A stretch of DNA of 64,000 nucleotides from Candidatus Omnitrophota bacterium (lineage in GTDB: Bacteria > Omnitrophota > Gorgyraeia > B26-G9), in assembly GCA_043806135.1 (NCBI GenBank), contig JAZDHG010000098.1, positions 1,660 to 65,659 on the forward strand. Reading direction: 5' to 3'. The notes below the pieces were generated by a model. The model was not told where the DNA came from. It searched no databases and saw only the letters and a program-made list of their open reading frames with translations. Below are positions 49,668-58,066 of the stretch, piece by piece. The stretch's first letter is position 1; every line of letters starts with the position of its first letter. A program made the translations under genes and the position numbers.

Positions 49668-49772
49668 GGGTTTTTTTGTCTGTATAAACAGGACTTGATC
49701 AGACTTGTAGGGTTTAGTGATGCAGGGAAGAAGATAGCAGCTATCTACAAAAAAACTAGGAAGGAGCTCTAA

Positions 49773-51212
49773 ATGAGTGAGGGGAAACATATCGCTACCG
49801 CACCCAAAGACCGTGTTAGTGTTTCGCAGAAATTAGTCTATGGGATAGGCGGGCTGGTTAATAATTTGCTGGGTGCAGCAGTAGGATGTATGGCGATCGT
49901 GCTTAATCTGGGCCTGGGCATGAATCCGGTAACAGTAGGCATGCTTATGTCTATTCCCCGTATTTGGGATGCTGTAACAGATCCTGTAATGGGCTATATT
50001 TCTGATAATACAAAATCCCGGTGGGGCCGACGCAGGCCGTATATATTCTGGGGCGCGATTTCTTCGGGAATTATATTTGCTCTGATGTGGCAACTTCGCT
50101 CCGGATGCACTCAGAATTTCTATTTCTGGTATTTTCTTATTGCGTCATTGGGTTTTTATGTTGCTTATACTGTTTATGCAACGCCCTGGGTAGCTCTTGG
50201 ATACGAAATGACTCCGGATTATCATGAGCGCACACGCCTTATGGGTTTCAGTAACTGGATTGGCCAGTTTGCCTGGGTTATAGCGCCCTGGTTTTGGAAG
50301 ATAATGAACTTTAAATATTTTAGCAGCAATGTTGAAGGAGCTCGTGCACTGGCGATCATGGTTGGAGCATTTGTTTGCGTAGCCGGGATATTACCTGCTA
50401 TTTTCTGTCGTGAAAAGCAGGGTTATCAGAAAAAAGATAATGGAAAAAAATCCGTAGAAATCGTGGGTGTTTTGAAGCACACCGCAAAGTTTTTTAAAGG
50501 TTTTGCGATTACTCTGAGATCTATGTCATTTCTTAAACTTTGCGGAGCGACGTTACTTGTGTTTAATGGGTTTATGGCTGTATCCGCATTTTCTTCATAT
50601 GTGATCATTTATTATATTTTTAAAGGAGACCAGAATGCAGGATCTACATATATGGGTTGGTTTGGCTCTGCTTCTTCTATTGCAACTTTTTGTGTTATTC
50701 CCTTTATTACCTGGGTCTCTACGAAAATAGGAAAAAAGAATGCTTTTATCCTTTCAACAACTATTTCTATTGTCGGATATGCGATGAAATGGTTTTGCTA
50801 TGATCCGGATGCACCATGGAAACTGCTTATTCCGGCTCCTTTAATTGCGTTTGGGCTTGGCGGACTTTTTACTCTGATGGGAGCGATGATCGCTGACGTA
50901 TGTGATGTCGATGAACTGGAAACAGGAGAACGCCGTGAAGGCGTTTTTGGCGGTATATACTGGTGGATGGTAAAGCTTGGAATGGCGTTGGCGTTTGCGA
51001 TATCAGGATATCTTCTTAACGCGACAGGTTTTAATGTTGAGCTGGCGGGCAATCAAACAGTTAATACATTATTAATGTTAAGGGTATTTGATATTAGTGT
51101 TCCGGTTATAACATCTCTTCTGGCTGTAATTATAATTAGCACTTTCGACGTCACTGAAGAAAAGGCATATCAGGTTCGCTTAGAGCTTGAGAAGCGGCGG
51201 GGCTGCCTGTAA
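49773..51212 (+). CDS. GPH-family (MelB/glycoside-pentoside-hexuronide:cation symporter-like) MFS sugar transporter
   Basis: N-terminal signature KLVYGIGGLVNNLLGAAV...RIWDAVTDPVMGYISDNTKSRWGRRRPY matches the GPH motif (K..YG.G......DA..DP..G...D.T.SRWG..RP). About 12 TM helices. 479 aa. Confidence 0.8.
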   Translation: MSEGKHIATAPKDRVSVSQKLVYGIGGLVNNLLGAAVGCMAIVLNLGLGMNPVTVGMLMSIPRIWDAVTDPVMGYISDNTKSRWGRRRPYIFWGAISSGIIFALMWQLRSGCTQNFYFWYFLIASLGFYVAYTVYATPWVALGYEMTPDYHERTRLMGFSNWIGQFAWVIAPWFWKIMNFKYFSSNVEGARALAIMVGAFVCVAGILPAIFCREKQGYQKKDNGKKSVEIVGVLKHTAKFFKGFAITLRSMSFLKLCGATLLVFNGFMAVSAFSSYVIIYYIFKGDQNAGSTYMGWFGSASSIATFCVIPFITWVSTKIGKKNAFILSTTISIVGYAMKWFCYDPDAPWKLLIPAPLIAFGLGGLFTLMGAMIADVCDVDELETGERREGVFGGIYWWMVKLGMALAFAISGYLLNATGFNVELAGNQTVNTLLMLRVFDISVPVITSLLAVIIISTFDVTEEKAYQVRLELEKRRGCL

Positions 51213-51307
51213 TAAAAGTTACGATGGGATCAAAGAAAAACCTGATGCCTTTGTTAGGTCTGGTAATAAAGAATAAATTTTGACAAAATTAAAAAGGGTG
51301 ATTTGAA

Positions 51308-53206
51308 GTGAATAAAAAACCGGTACTTTTAACTGTCCTGAGCATGAGCGTATTTTTTATGGTAGCCAATGTTTTTGCCGCTCCTGCGCCTGCTTTTGAG
51401 CTGGATGACAAGGGAACGGAACAGATCGTCGACTATGAGAAATACGGCGAGTTTCAAAACGTGGACAAAGCCGGTTATAAATATAAAATAAAAGACCAGC
51501 AAGGATTAGCAAATGCAGTAGGGGAAGGAATCTATCCTAATACAAAAAGCGTGCTGAAGTCCCCTCAGTTTAAAAAATATAAGGATGAAAAAAAACTCCT
51601 GGGCAGTCATTGGGCTTTTGTGAACACCTCGGATCATCAGGCAAATTTTTACCGCTGGGCAACAGCAGCGGAAAGTCCGGGTGTGAAATTGTTCTATACT
51701 GCCCAGGCCCTGGAAAATGCCATGCAGATCAGGCATGCGGTCAAGGCTTATTATGCCCTTGTGGTGAATTTTCCCAAAGAAGTCGGAACGACTTACTGGG
51801 GGACCCCTTGGTATGTGGGGCCGGCATCACTGGACAGGATACTTTATCTGACGAGAAAATATCCTGAGATGGGGATAAAACTTGTCGGTGCTAATATAAC
51901 GGTTGAAAATCGTTACGATGATGATAGGAGTAATGATGTTTTTGTAGTCGATCCCGGTAAATTGGTTTTTTGCGATCCGAATGATGTTGTAGAAAAAAGA
52001 GCGGATCTAAGTAAACTATCAGTCATAGAAAACAAAGAATTCGGAGAGATCAGTTTTGTTAAATATGAAAACGGCCATTGGCAAATGCGTCTTAAAGACG
52101 AGCCTTTTATGGTCAAAGCAGTTGCTTATCAGCCGTCTAAAATCGGCCAGAGCCCGGATATCGGAACGCTTGAGGATTGGTCAAAGGCAGATGAAAACAA
52201 AAACGGTAAAATTGACAGCCCATATGATGCGTGGGTAGATAAGAATAAAAATAATATTCAGGAAGGCGATGAGCCGGCAGTCGGTGATTTTCAGCTGATG
52301 AAGGATATGGGTGTTAACGTCATCAGAGTTTATCATCATGCTTTTGTTAGTAATAAAAAGATATTTCAGGATTTGTATAAAAATTACGGGATCCGGATCG
52401 TAATCGGTGATTTTCTGGGAATGTACGCGGTAGGTTCCAAAGCCCCCTGGGATCCGGGCACTGATTATTCTGACCCCCAGCAGCAGCGCAATATGCTTGA
52501 ATCGGTAATGAAGATGATAAATGAATATAAGGATGAGCCATGTGTTCTGATGTGGGTTTTAGGCAATGAAACTAATTACGGAACGGCTAACAACGCAGAT
52601 GTAGAGCCGCAAGCCTACTATCATTTTGTAAATGAAGTCGCGAAAAAAATAAAAGAAATAGATCCGAATCATCCGGTAATGATTTGTAACGGCGATATCC
52701 AATTTCTTGATATCTTTGCCCAAAAGTGTCCGGATGTTGATGTGTTCGGGATCAATTCGTATAGAGGTAAACCTGGATTCGGATATTATAATTTCTGGCT
52801 GCCGGTAAAAGAACTTGCCGATAGACCGGTGTTTATAACAGAATACGGCTGCCCTGCTTATGGACACAAATATAGCCGTGAATATGCGGAAAATTTTCAA
52901 GCGGAATACCTTGTGGAAAACTGGATGGATATGGTAATTAACAGCGCGGGAGAGGGAGCAGGTGTTTCTATCGGCGGCTCTTTGTTTGAATTTGTTGATG
53001 AGTGGTGGAAGACAGGAGCTCCTCCCGGATATCCTGATATTATTCAGGATGTAGTGCCTAATGTGGGGGGGCCTTTTGTGGACGGATGGTATTACGAGGA
53101 ATGGTTTGGAGTAGTCAGCCAGGGAGACGGTACGGATTCTCCTTTTATGCGTCAGCTGCGTAAGTCTTATTTCGAACTGCAAAAAATCTGGAAAGAGAAA
53201 GAATAA
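51308..53206 (+). CDS. secreted glycoside hydrolase, clan GH-A TIM-barrel (GH2/GH5-like), paralog 1
   Basis: GTG start with RBS AAAGGGTGA. Signal peptide (…VANVFAAPAPA). Asn-x-x-Arg-x-x-His context VNVIRVYHH. Acid/base motif MWVLGNETNYG. Nucleophile motif FITEYGCPAYG (compare ITEYG of GH2 beta-glucuronidases). Paralogous to the 54574 gene. Confidence 0.65.
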   Translation: MNKKPVLLTVLSMSVFFMVANVFAAPAPAFELDDKGTEQIVDYEKYGEFQNVDKAGYKYKIKDQQGLANAVGEGIYPNTKSVLKSPQFKKYKDEKKLLGSHWAFVNTSDHQANFYRWATAAESPGVKLFYTAQALENAMQIRHAVKAYYALVVNFPKEVGTTYWGTPWYVGPASLDRILYLTRKYPEMGIKLVGANITVENRYDDDRSNDVFVVDPGKLVFCDPNDVVEKRADLSKLSVIENKEFGEISFVKYENGHWQMRLKDEPFMVKAVAYQPSKIGQSPDIGTLEDWSKADENKNGKIDSPYDAWVDKNKNNIQEGDEPAVGDFQLMKDMGVNVIRVYHHAFVSNKKIFQDLYKNYGIRIVIGDFLGMYAVGSKAPWDPGTDYSDPQQQRNMLESVMKMINEYKDEPCVLMWVLGNETNYGTANNADVEPQAYYHFVNEVAKKIKEIDPNHPVMICNGDIQFLDIFAQKCPDVDVFGINSYRGKPGFGYYNFWLPVKELADRPVFITEYGCPAYGHKYSREYAENFQAEYLVENWMDMVINSAGEGAGVSIGGSLFEFVDEWWKTGAPPGYPDIIQDVVPNVGGPFVDGWYYEEWFGVVSQGDGTDSPFMRQLRKSYFELQKIWKEKE

Positions 53207-53209
53207 GCA

Positions 53210-53827
53210 ATGAAAAGAAGCATTTTTTGGACAACTTTGTCAGGGTGGTTTATTATCCTGTTTTTGTTGGCTTTTGCTTGTTTTGCTCAAGATACAAAAC
53301 AGATAAAGGAAGAAAAACCGCAGGAACTGCTGGTTTATTTTGATAAGGACAGTATTGATAATCATTACTTTGCTTCCCAAAGGATCGGAGATTGCGAGTC
53401 CTTAGAGTTTGATGATCAGTGGAAAGAAAATGTCCAGTCAGGTCAAACCTGCATAAGGATTAAATATAACGCGACCGGACCGTTTGGTTTTGCCGGTATT
53501 TACTGGGTTAATCCCAAGGATAATTGGGGGGATGAAAAAGGCGGTTATGACCTGCGTTTTGCCAAAAAACTCACTTTTTGGGTCAGAGGGGAAAGCGGTT
53601 CAGAACATGTTGCCGTGTTTAAATTTGGAGGACTTAAGGGAGTGTACCCTGATTCGGACAATCATGGAATCGGGCCTTTAGTGCTAAGTGATCAATGGCA
53701 GCAAATAACAGTTGATCTAAACGGCAGAGATATGCGGCGTATAAGTGCCGGATTCAGTTTTGCTATTACAAAAGCACATAATCGTAAGGGTTGTGTTTTT
53801 TATATAGATAATATAAAATATGAATAG
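53210..53827 (+). CDS. secreted beta-sandwich (putative carbohydrate-binding, CBM-like) protein, paralog 1
   Basis: Signal peptide. Shares TCI(R/K)..Y...G..G..G..W.NP..NWG(D/E)(E/V)KGG(Y/F)DL..AKKLTFW..GE.G.E....F..GG..G.YPDSD..GIGP..L...W.Q.T.DL...D with the next gene. Aromatic/Gly-rich pattern typical of jelly-roll binding modules. Confidence 0.4.
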   Translation: MKRSIFWTTLSGWFIILFLLAFACFAQDTKQIKEEKPQELLVYFDKDSIDNHYFASQRIGDCESLEFDDQWKENVQSGQTCIRIKYNATGPFGFAGIYWVNPKDNWGDEKGGYDLRFAKKLTFWVRGESGSEHVAVFKFGGLKGVYPDSDNHGIGPLVLSDQWQQITVDLNGRDMRRISAGFSFAITKAHNRKGCVFYIDNIKYE

Positions 53828-53878
53828 AAACAATTTGATTTGGTTTAATTTGGTTATTAATGAAAGGAGGAAGTTTAA

Positions 53879-54538
53879 ATGAAAAAGCTGAATTTATTGG
53901 TTGTGATGTTTTTTTTCTGCTTGATTTTGAGTTTTAATGTTCAGGCCCAGCAGATGCTCGATGATGATAAGTATATCGAGGAGGAAGAGCTGGTGGGCAA
54001 GGAAGTAAAATTTGATGATGACGGGATTTTCCATGTTTATGTTGACCGCGGGGATCGGGGGAATCATTATATACCGTCCGGCTGGATGGGAGATTACGGT
54101 GATATTAAGATGAATGACAACTTTAAAGATTTTGCGCATAACGGCAAAACATGCATAAAATTTACTTATACTGCTGAGGGTAAGCAGGGTGCAGGATGGA
54201 CCGGAGTTATGTGGCAGAATCCGGCGAATAACTGGGGAGAAGTAAAAGGCGGGTTTGACTTAAGCGGCGCTAAAAAGCTGACATTCTGGGCCAAAGGTGA
54301 AAAGGGCAATGAGCGGATAATGGAGTTTAAAATGGGCGGTATCGGCGGCCCCTATCCGGATTCTGATTCTATCGGAATCGGGCCTATTGACCTGACTACT
54401 GAATGGAAACAATACACGATAGATCTGACTGATATTGATCTGAGTTATGTTAACGGGGGTTTTTGCTGGTCCTCTAATGCGGATTCAAATCCCGAAGGCA
54501 TGGTTTTTTATCTGGATGACATCCAGTACCAATTATAA
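53879..54538 (+). CDS. secreted beta-sandwich (putative CBM-like) protein, paralog 2
   Basis: Paralog of the 53210 gene. See the shared motif listed there. Signal peptide present. Confidence 0.4.
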   Translation: MKKLNLLVVMFFFCLILSFNVQAQQMLDDDKYIEEEELVGKEVKFDDDGIFHVYVDRGDRGNHYIPSGWMGDYGDIKMNDNFKDFAHNGKTCIKFTYTAEGKQGAGWTGVMWQNPANNWGEVKGGFDLSGAKKLTFWAKGEKGNERIMEFKMGGIGGPYPDSDSIGIGPIDLTTEWKQYTIDLTDIDLSYVNGGFCWSSNADSNPEGMVFYLDDIQYQL

Positions 54539-54573
54539 ATCTTATTTTGTAAAATAAAGGGTAGGGGCTAGGT

Positions 54574-55857
54574 ATGATGAGGCTTCTACCCTTTATTTCT
54601 ATGCAATGCTGGATGAGGAGTTTTTATATGATCGCGCGTAAATTAGTAATAATTTTAATGATTCTCTTAGCTGCCGGTTGCGGGAAGGCAAAAGCGAAGA
54701 AAGACAGTGTTTCTATCAAGAAACTTGAAAATGGACATTATCAATTGCTTGTTAATAAAAAACCTTATGTTATAAAGGGTGTCTGCTATTCTCCCGTGCC
54801 TATCGGCAGGAGCCCCTTGTTTAATTTTATGTGCGATCCGGCTAAACCATGGATTGTAGACGGAAAACTTATGCAGGACATGGGCATTAATACGGTACGT
54901 TTGTATATGACAGGGGACGAGCTTGAATTTTGCAAAATTATGATTGAAGAGCTGTATACATTGTATGGCATAAGGACTATACTAGGGCATGATCTTGGAT
55001 TCTGGGGATATCCGCCAGCCAATTACGCGGATCCAGAGTTTAGAGAAGAAATTACGAAGAACATGATGGAGGTAGTTGCCTATTTCAAAGACACCCCGGG
55101 ATTGCTGATGTGGAATCTGGGTAATGAAAACAACTATAGTTTTGACGGGCGGTTAAACCCGTGGAGCTCCGATGAAATAGATGCAATGCAGAATTTTAAT
55201 GACAAACGGGAAGCCCGTGCCAGGATTTATTATTCCTTTGTTAATGACCTTGCTAAAAAAATAAAAAAGATCGATAAGGCTCATCCTGTGGGTCTTGGCA
55301 ACGGGGAGACAGTCGGCCTTAAGAGCGCTGCCAAGTATTGTCCTGATGTGGATTTTATCGGAGCGATTGTTTATCGCGGCAAGGTATTCGGCAGTTTCTT
55401 TAAGGAAATCAAGAGAATGTTTGATAAGCCTGTTATTTTGACAGAATTCGGCTGTGACGCGTATAATATGGAAAAACAGGAAGAAGATCAGAATAACCAG
55501 GCGAAATTTTTGAAAAGCCAGTGGCTGGATATGCAAAAGCACATGGTAAACGGAGAAGGCGAGGGCAACTGCCTGGGCGGAGCTATCTTTGAATGGAATG
55601 ATGAGTGGTGGAAAACATCAGACAGTGACCGGGACAGCTGGAATGTGCATGATACAGTTGCCGGATGGGGGATGGGATCCTATGACTTTGATGCTAAAGC
55701 AGGCAAAAATATGAATGAAGAGTGGTTTGGTATTGTTGCGATATCCCCGGAACTAGAAAATGGGATCAATAAAAGAACTCCCAGAAAAGCCTATTATGTT
55801 TTGCGCCAGTTATGGAATGAAGCATATAAAAAAGAGGAAAGTAAATCCGCGAAATAA
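54574..55857 (+). CDS. glycoside hydrolase, clan GH-A TIM-barrel, paralog 2 (probable lipoprotein)
   Basis: Motifs NTVRLYMTG, LMWNLGNENNY, ILTEFGCDAYN and FEWNDEWWKTSDSD parallel the 51308 gene. The lipobox LLAAGCG suggests the true start is the internal Met (MIARKLVIILMILLAAGC, ~nt 54631). Confidence 0.65.
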   Translation: MMRLLPFISMQCWMRSFYMIARKLVIILMILLAAGCGKAKAKKDSVSIKKLENGHYQLLVNKKPYVIKGVCYSPVPIGRSPLFNFMCDPAKPWIVDGKLMQDMGINTVRLYMTGDELEFCKIMIEELYTLYGIRTILGHDLGFWGYPPANYADPEFREEITKNMMEVVAYFKDTPGLLMWNLGNENNYSFDGRLNPWSSDEIDAMQNFNDKREARARIYYSFVNDLAKKIKKIDKAHPVGLGNGETVGLKSAAKYCPDVDFIGAIVYRGKVFGSFFKEIKRMFDKPVILTEFGCDAYNMEKQEEDQNNQAKFLKSQWLDMQKHMVNGEGEGNCLGGAIFEWNDEWWKTSDSDRDSWNVHDTVAGWGMGSYDFDAKAGKNMNEEWFGIVAISPELENGINKRTPRKAYYVLRQLWNEAYKKEESKSAK

Positions 55858-55883
55858 TACCGAAGTCGATAACCTAAATAGGG

Positions 55884-55912
55884 TCTGCTGAAAAACTCAT
55901 CAGACCCTGATT
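55884..55912 (+). terminator. terminator-like hairpin after the GH paralog 2 (agggtctgctga...tcatcagaccct), lacking a clean U-tract
   Basis: A ~11-bp imperfect stem read from the sequence. The downstream sequence is gattatag rather than a T-run, so assignment as an intrinsic terminator is weak. Confidence 0.3.
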
Positions 55913-56217
55913 ATAGAGATTAAAGACAAGATTACATAGATTAAATATAGACGGGAAAATTACTGTAATCATTTAAAAATCTGTGTAATCATGGTTCGCT
56001 GAAAAATGTATTTCTGTTAAAAAGTGCAAGGGTTGGAACACTTTTATTCAAAAATCATGCACTTTTGGATATATTTTTGCTGCTGGTTATGTTTAAAATA
56101 CCGACAACATATGAGTTCACATTTGTATTTTCAGTGAACCCTAAATACTGGAAGAAATGGCGAGTAAGACCAAAAGGAAGTAGCGAGAAAAACTTATAAA
56201 AAAAGAAGTGGTGAGAT

Positions 56218-58044
56218 ATGAAATATTTACTCAAAAATGATCAATTTTGTTGCAGAGCGCTGTTAATAATTTGTTGTTTTGTTTTAATGATTTTTGTAAG
56301 TATACATGCAGTGGATACGGTTTTTGCTCTTGAGCTAAAAGCGCAGGTAGAGGATTTTATTAGGCAGGAGAGATTTACCGACCTGCTGGATTTTTTAGAT
56401 ATTCTAAAGCTGGAAAAGGGACAGAATATAACAGATCTGCAGATAGAATATTACTCTGTGCTCGCAAAATCAAAGTACCTCGATTATCTTGAGCAAAAAG
56501 AGGATTGGGAAAATTATTACAGTCATGTGGATCTTTTTAATGCTGAGATAATAAAAAGTGCCAGAGATTTTGTGGCAAAACATCCTGCCTCGCTTGAGAC
56601 CATCGAAATACAGTATATGGCCTGGAAAGCTATTACCCGGGATGAGGAAACGGCATCCGCGGAAGAGACCTTTAGCAAACTTATTGATTTAGTTATCACT
56701 TATACAGAAAAAAGCGGTGATACAGCTGTTTTTAGGGAAATTGCCAGTAGAATGAGTGATGCAGGCAGAGTTCGTCAGCTGAACAAGCTGTTTGATTCTT
56801 ATAAGGAGTTTTTGTCTACCAATGCCGGAAGCGATTCAATTGAACGTCTTGGAGGTATTGCCGAGGAATATTTGCAAAAAGAAAGAATAGAAACAGCAAT
56901 AGTTATTTATGAACATTATATCGACTTGGTATTAAGGCAGTATCCTCAGGCCAAAGCCCAGCTTGTACTAAATGAGCTTGCCGATAAGTTTAGACATCAT
57001 GGGTTTTCTCCTGCTAAAGACGCTGATTTTGCGGAAAAAATTTATAAGTTGATCACCCAAAAATTCGGCCAAGATGCTCTGCGAGAAGAGGATTTGTTCG
57101 GCCGCGGATATAATTTGGAATCGCTGAATATCTATGACAGGGCACAGGAGGAGTATAAATATTTCGTTAAAAAATTTCCCGAAAGCGTTTACTTACCGGA
57201 AGTTTATACGAGAATTGCTGTTATTAATTTGTATTCCCTGGGGCGTTTTGGCATAGCTTTGCAGTTTTTTCAAAAAGTATCGGATGATTTTCCGGATTCA
57301 GCATATGCAGAGTTCTGCGCTTATAAAGCGGCAATACTTTTGCAGTGGAAATCAGAAGATGAACAGGCTAGCCGTCTTTATTCCATGCTTGTTGCCTCCG
57401 GAGGACTTTTTTCCGAGCCGGCAAAGAATCGCCTTAATGAAATAAAAAACAAGGATAAAATGGATGAAGAGGTGCGAAATGTACTTGAGCATTTATCCGG
57501 CAGTGAAGAAAGTTCTGCTATTATGATGACGCTTAAAAGCATGCCGCAAAGGTCTTTTGTCGGTGAACAGGTTATATGGTCGGGCACTGCTCAGGATTTT
57601 TCATCAGGTACTGTGCAGCCGTTTTTTGTCTATGAATGGTTTGGGGATACGGGTATCAATGAAGACCCGGGAAATACCGCTGAATTTTCCACCGGTTATG
57701 ATAATGCTATGCCTCAAATAGCGTGTTTTTCTGCAATGGTTGTCCAGACACAGGGAATAATATGTAAATCACTTTGGGTACATGAATTGAGAGTGAAAAC
57801 ACCAAATAATATTATGAGCTTTAAAACAGGCGAGCCGGTTGAACTTATTGCGGAAGTTTTTCCGAAGAGTATTGAAGATAAAGGTGTGCTCTGGCAATGG
57901 AAGATCGGCGCGGAGGCCGCTAGAGTCATAGGAAATAAGTTCCTGCATTCATATGATGCGCCGGGACGTTACGAAATAGAACTTGTTGCTGATGTGCAAG
58001 GTTCAAGAATATTTAAAAAAATTAATGTGGATATTGTAGAATAG
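56218..58044 (+). CDS. hypothetical secreted protein (signal peptide, helical N-domain, beta-rich Ig/PKD-like C-terminus)
   Basis: ORF with RBS GGTGAG. Hydrophobic N-terminus ...LIICCFVLMIFVSIHA. No catalytic motif recognised. Confidence 0.45.
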   Translation: MKYLLKNDQFCCRALLIICCFVLMIFVSIHAVDTVFALELKAQVEDFIRQERFTDLLDFLDILKLEKGQNITDLQIEYYSVLAKSKYLDYLEQKEDWENYYSHVDLFNAEIIKSARDFVAKHPASLETIEIQYMAWKAITRDEETASAEETFSKLIDLVITYTEKSGDTAVFREIASRMSDAGRVRQLNKLFDSYKEFLSTNAGSDSIERLGGIAEEYLQKERIETAIVIYEHYIDLVLRQYPQAKAQLVLNELADKFRHHGFSPAKDADFAEKIYKLITQKFGQDALREEDLFGRGYNLESLNIYDRAQEEYKYFVKKFPESVYLPEVYTRIAVINLYSLGRFGIALQFFQKVSDDFPDSAYAEFCAYKAAILLQWKSEDEQASRLYSMLVASGGLFSEPAKNRLNEIKNKDKMDEEVRNVLEHLSGSEESSAIMMTLKSMPQRSFVGEQVIWSGTAQDFSSGTVQPFFVYEWFGDTGINEDPGNTAEFSTGYDNAMPQIACFSAMVVQTQGIICKSLWVHELRVKTPNNIMSFKTGEPVELIAEVFPKSIEDKGVLWQWKIGAEAARVIGNKFLHSYDAPGRYEIELVADVQGSRIFKKINVDIVE

Positions 58045-58066
58045 GCTACAGCAGGTATAAAAACAC

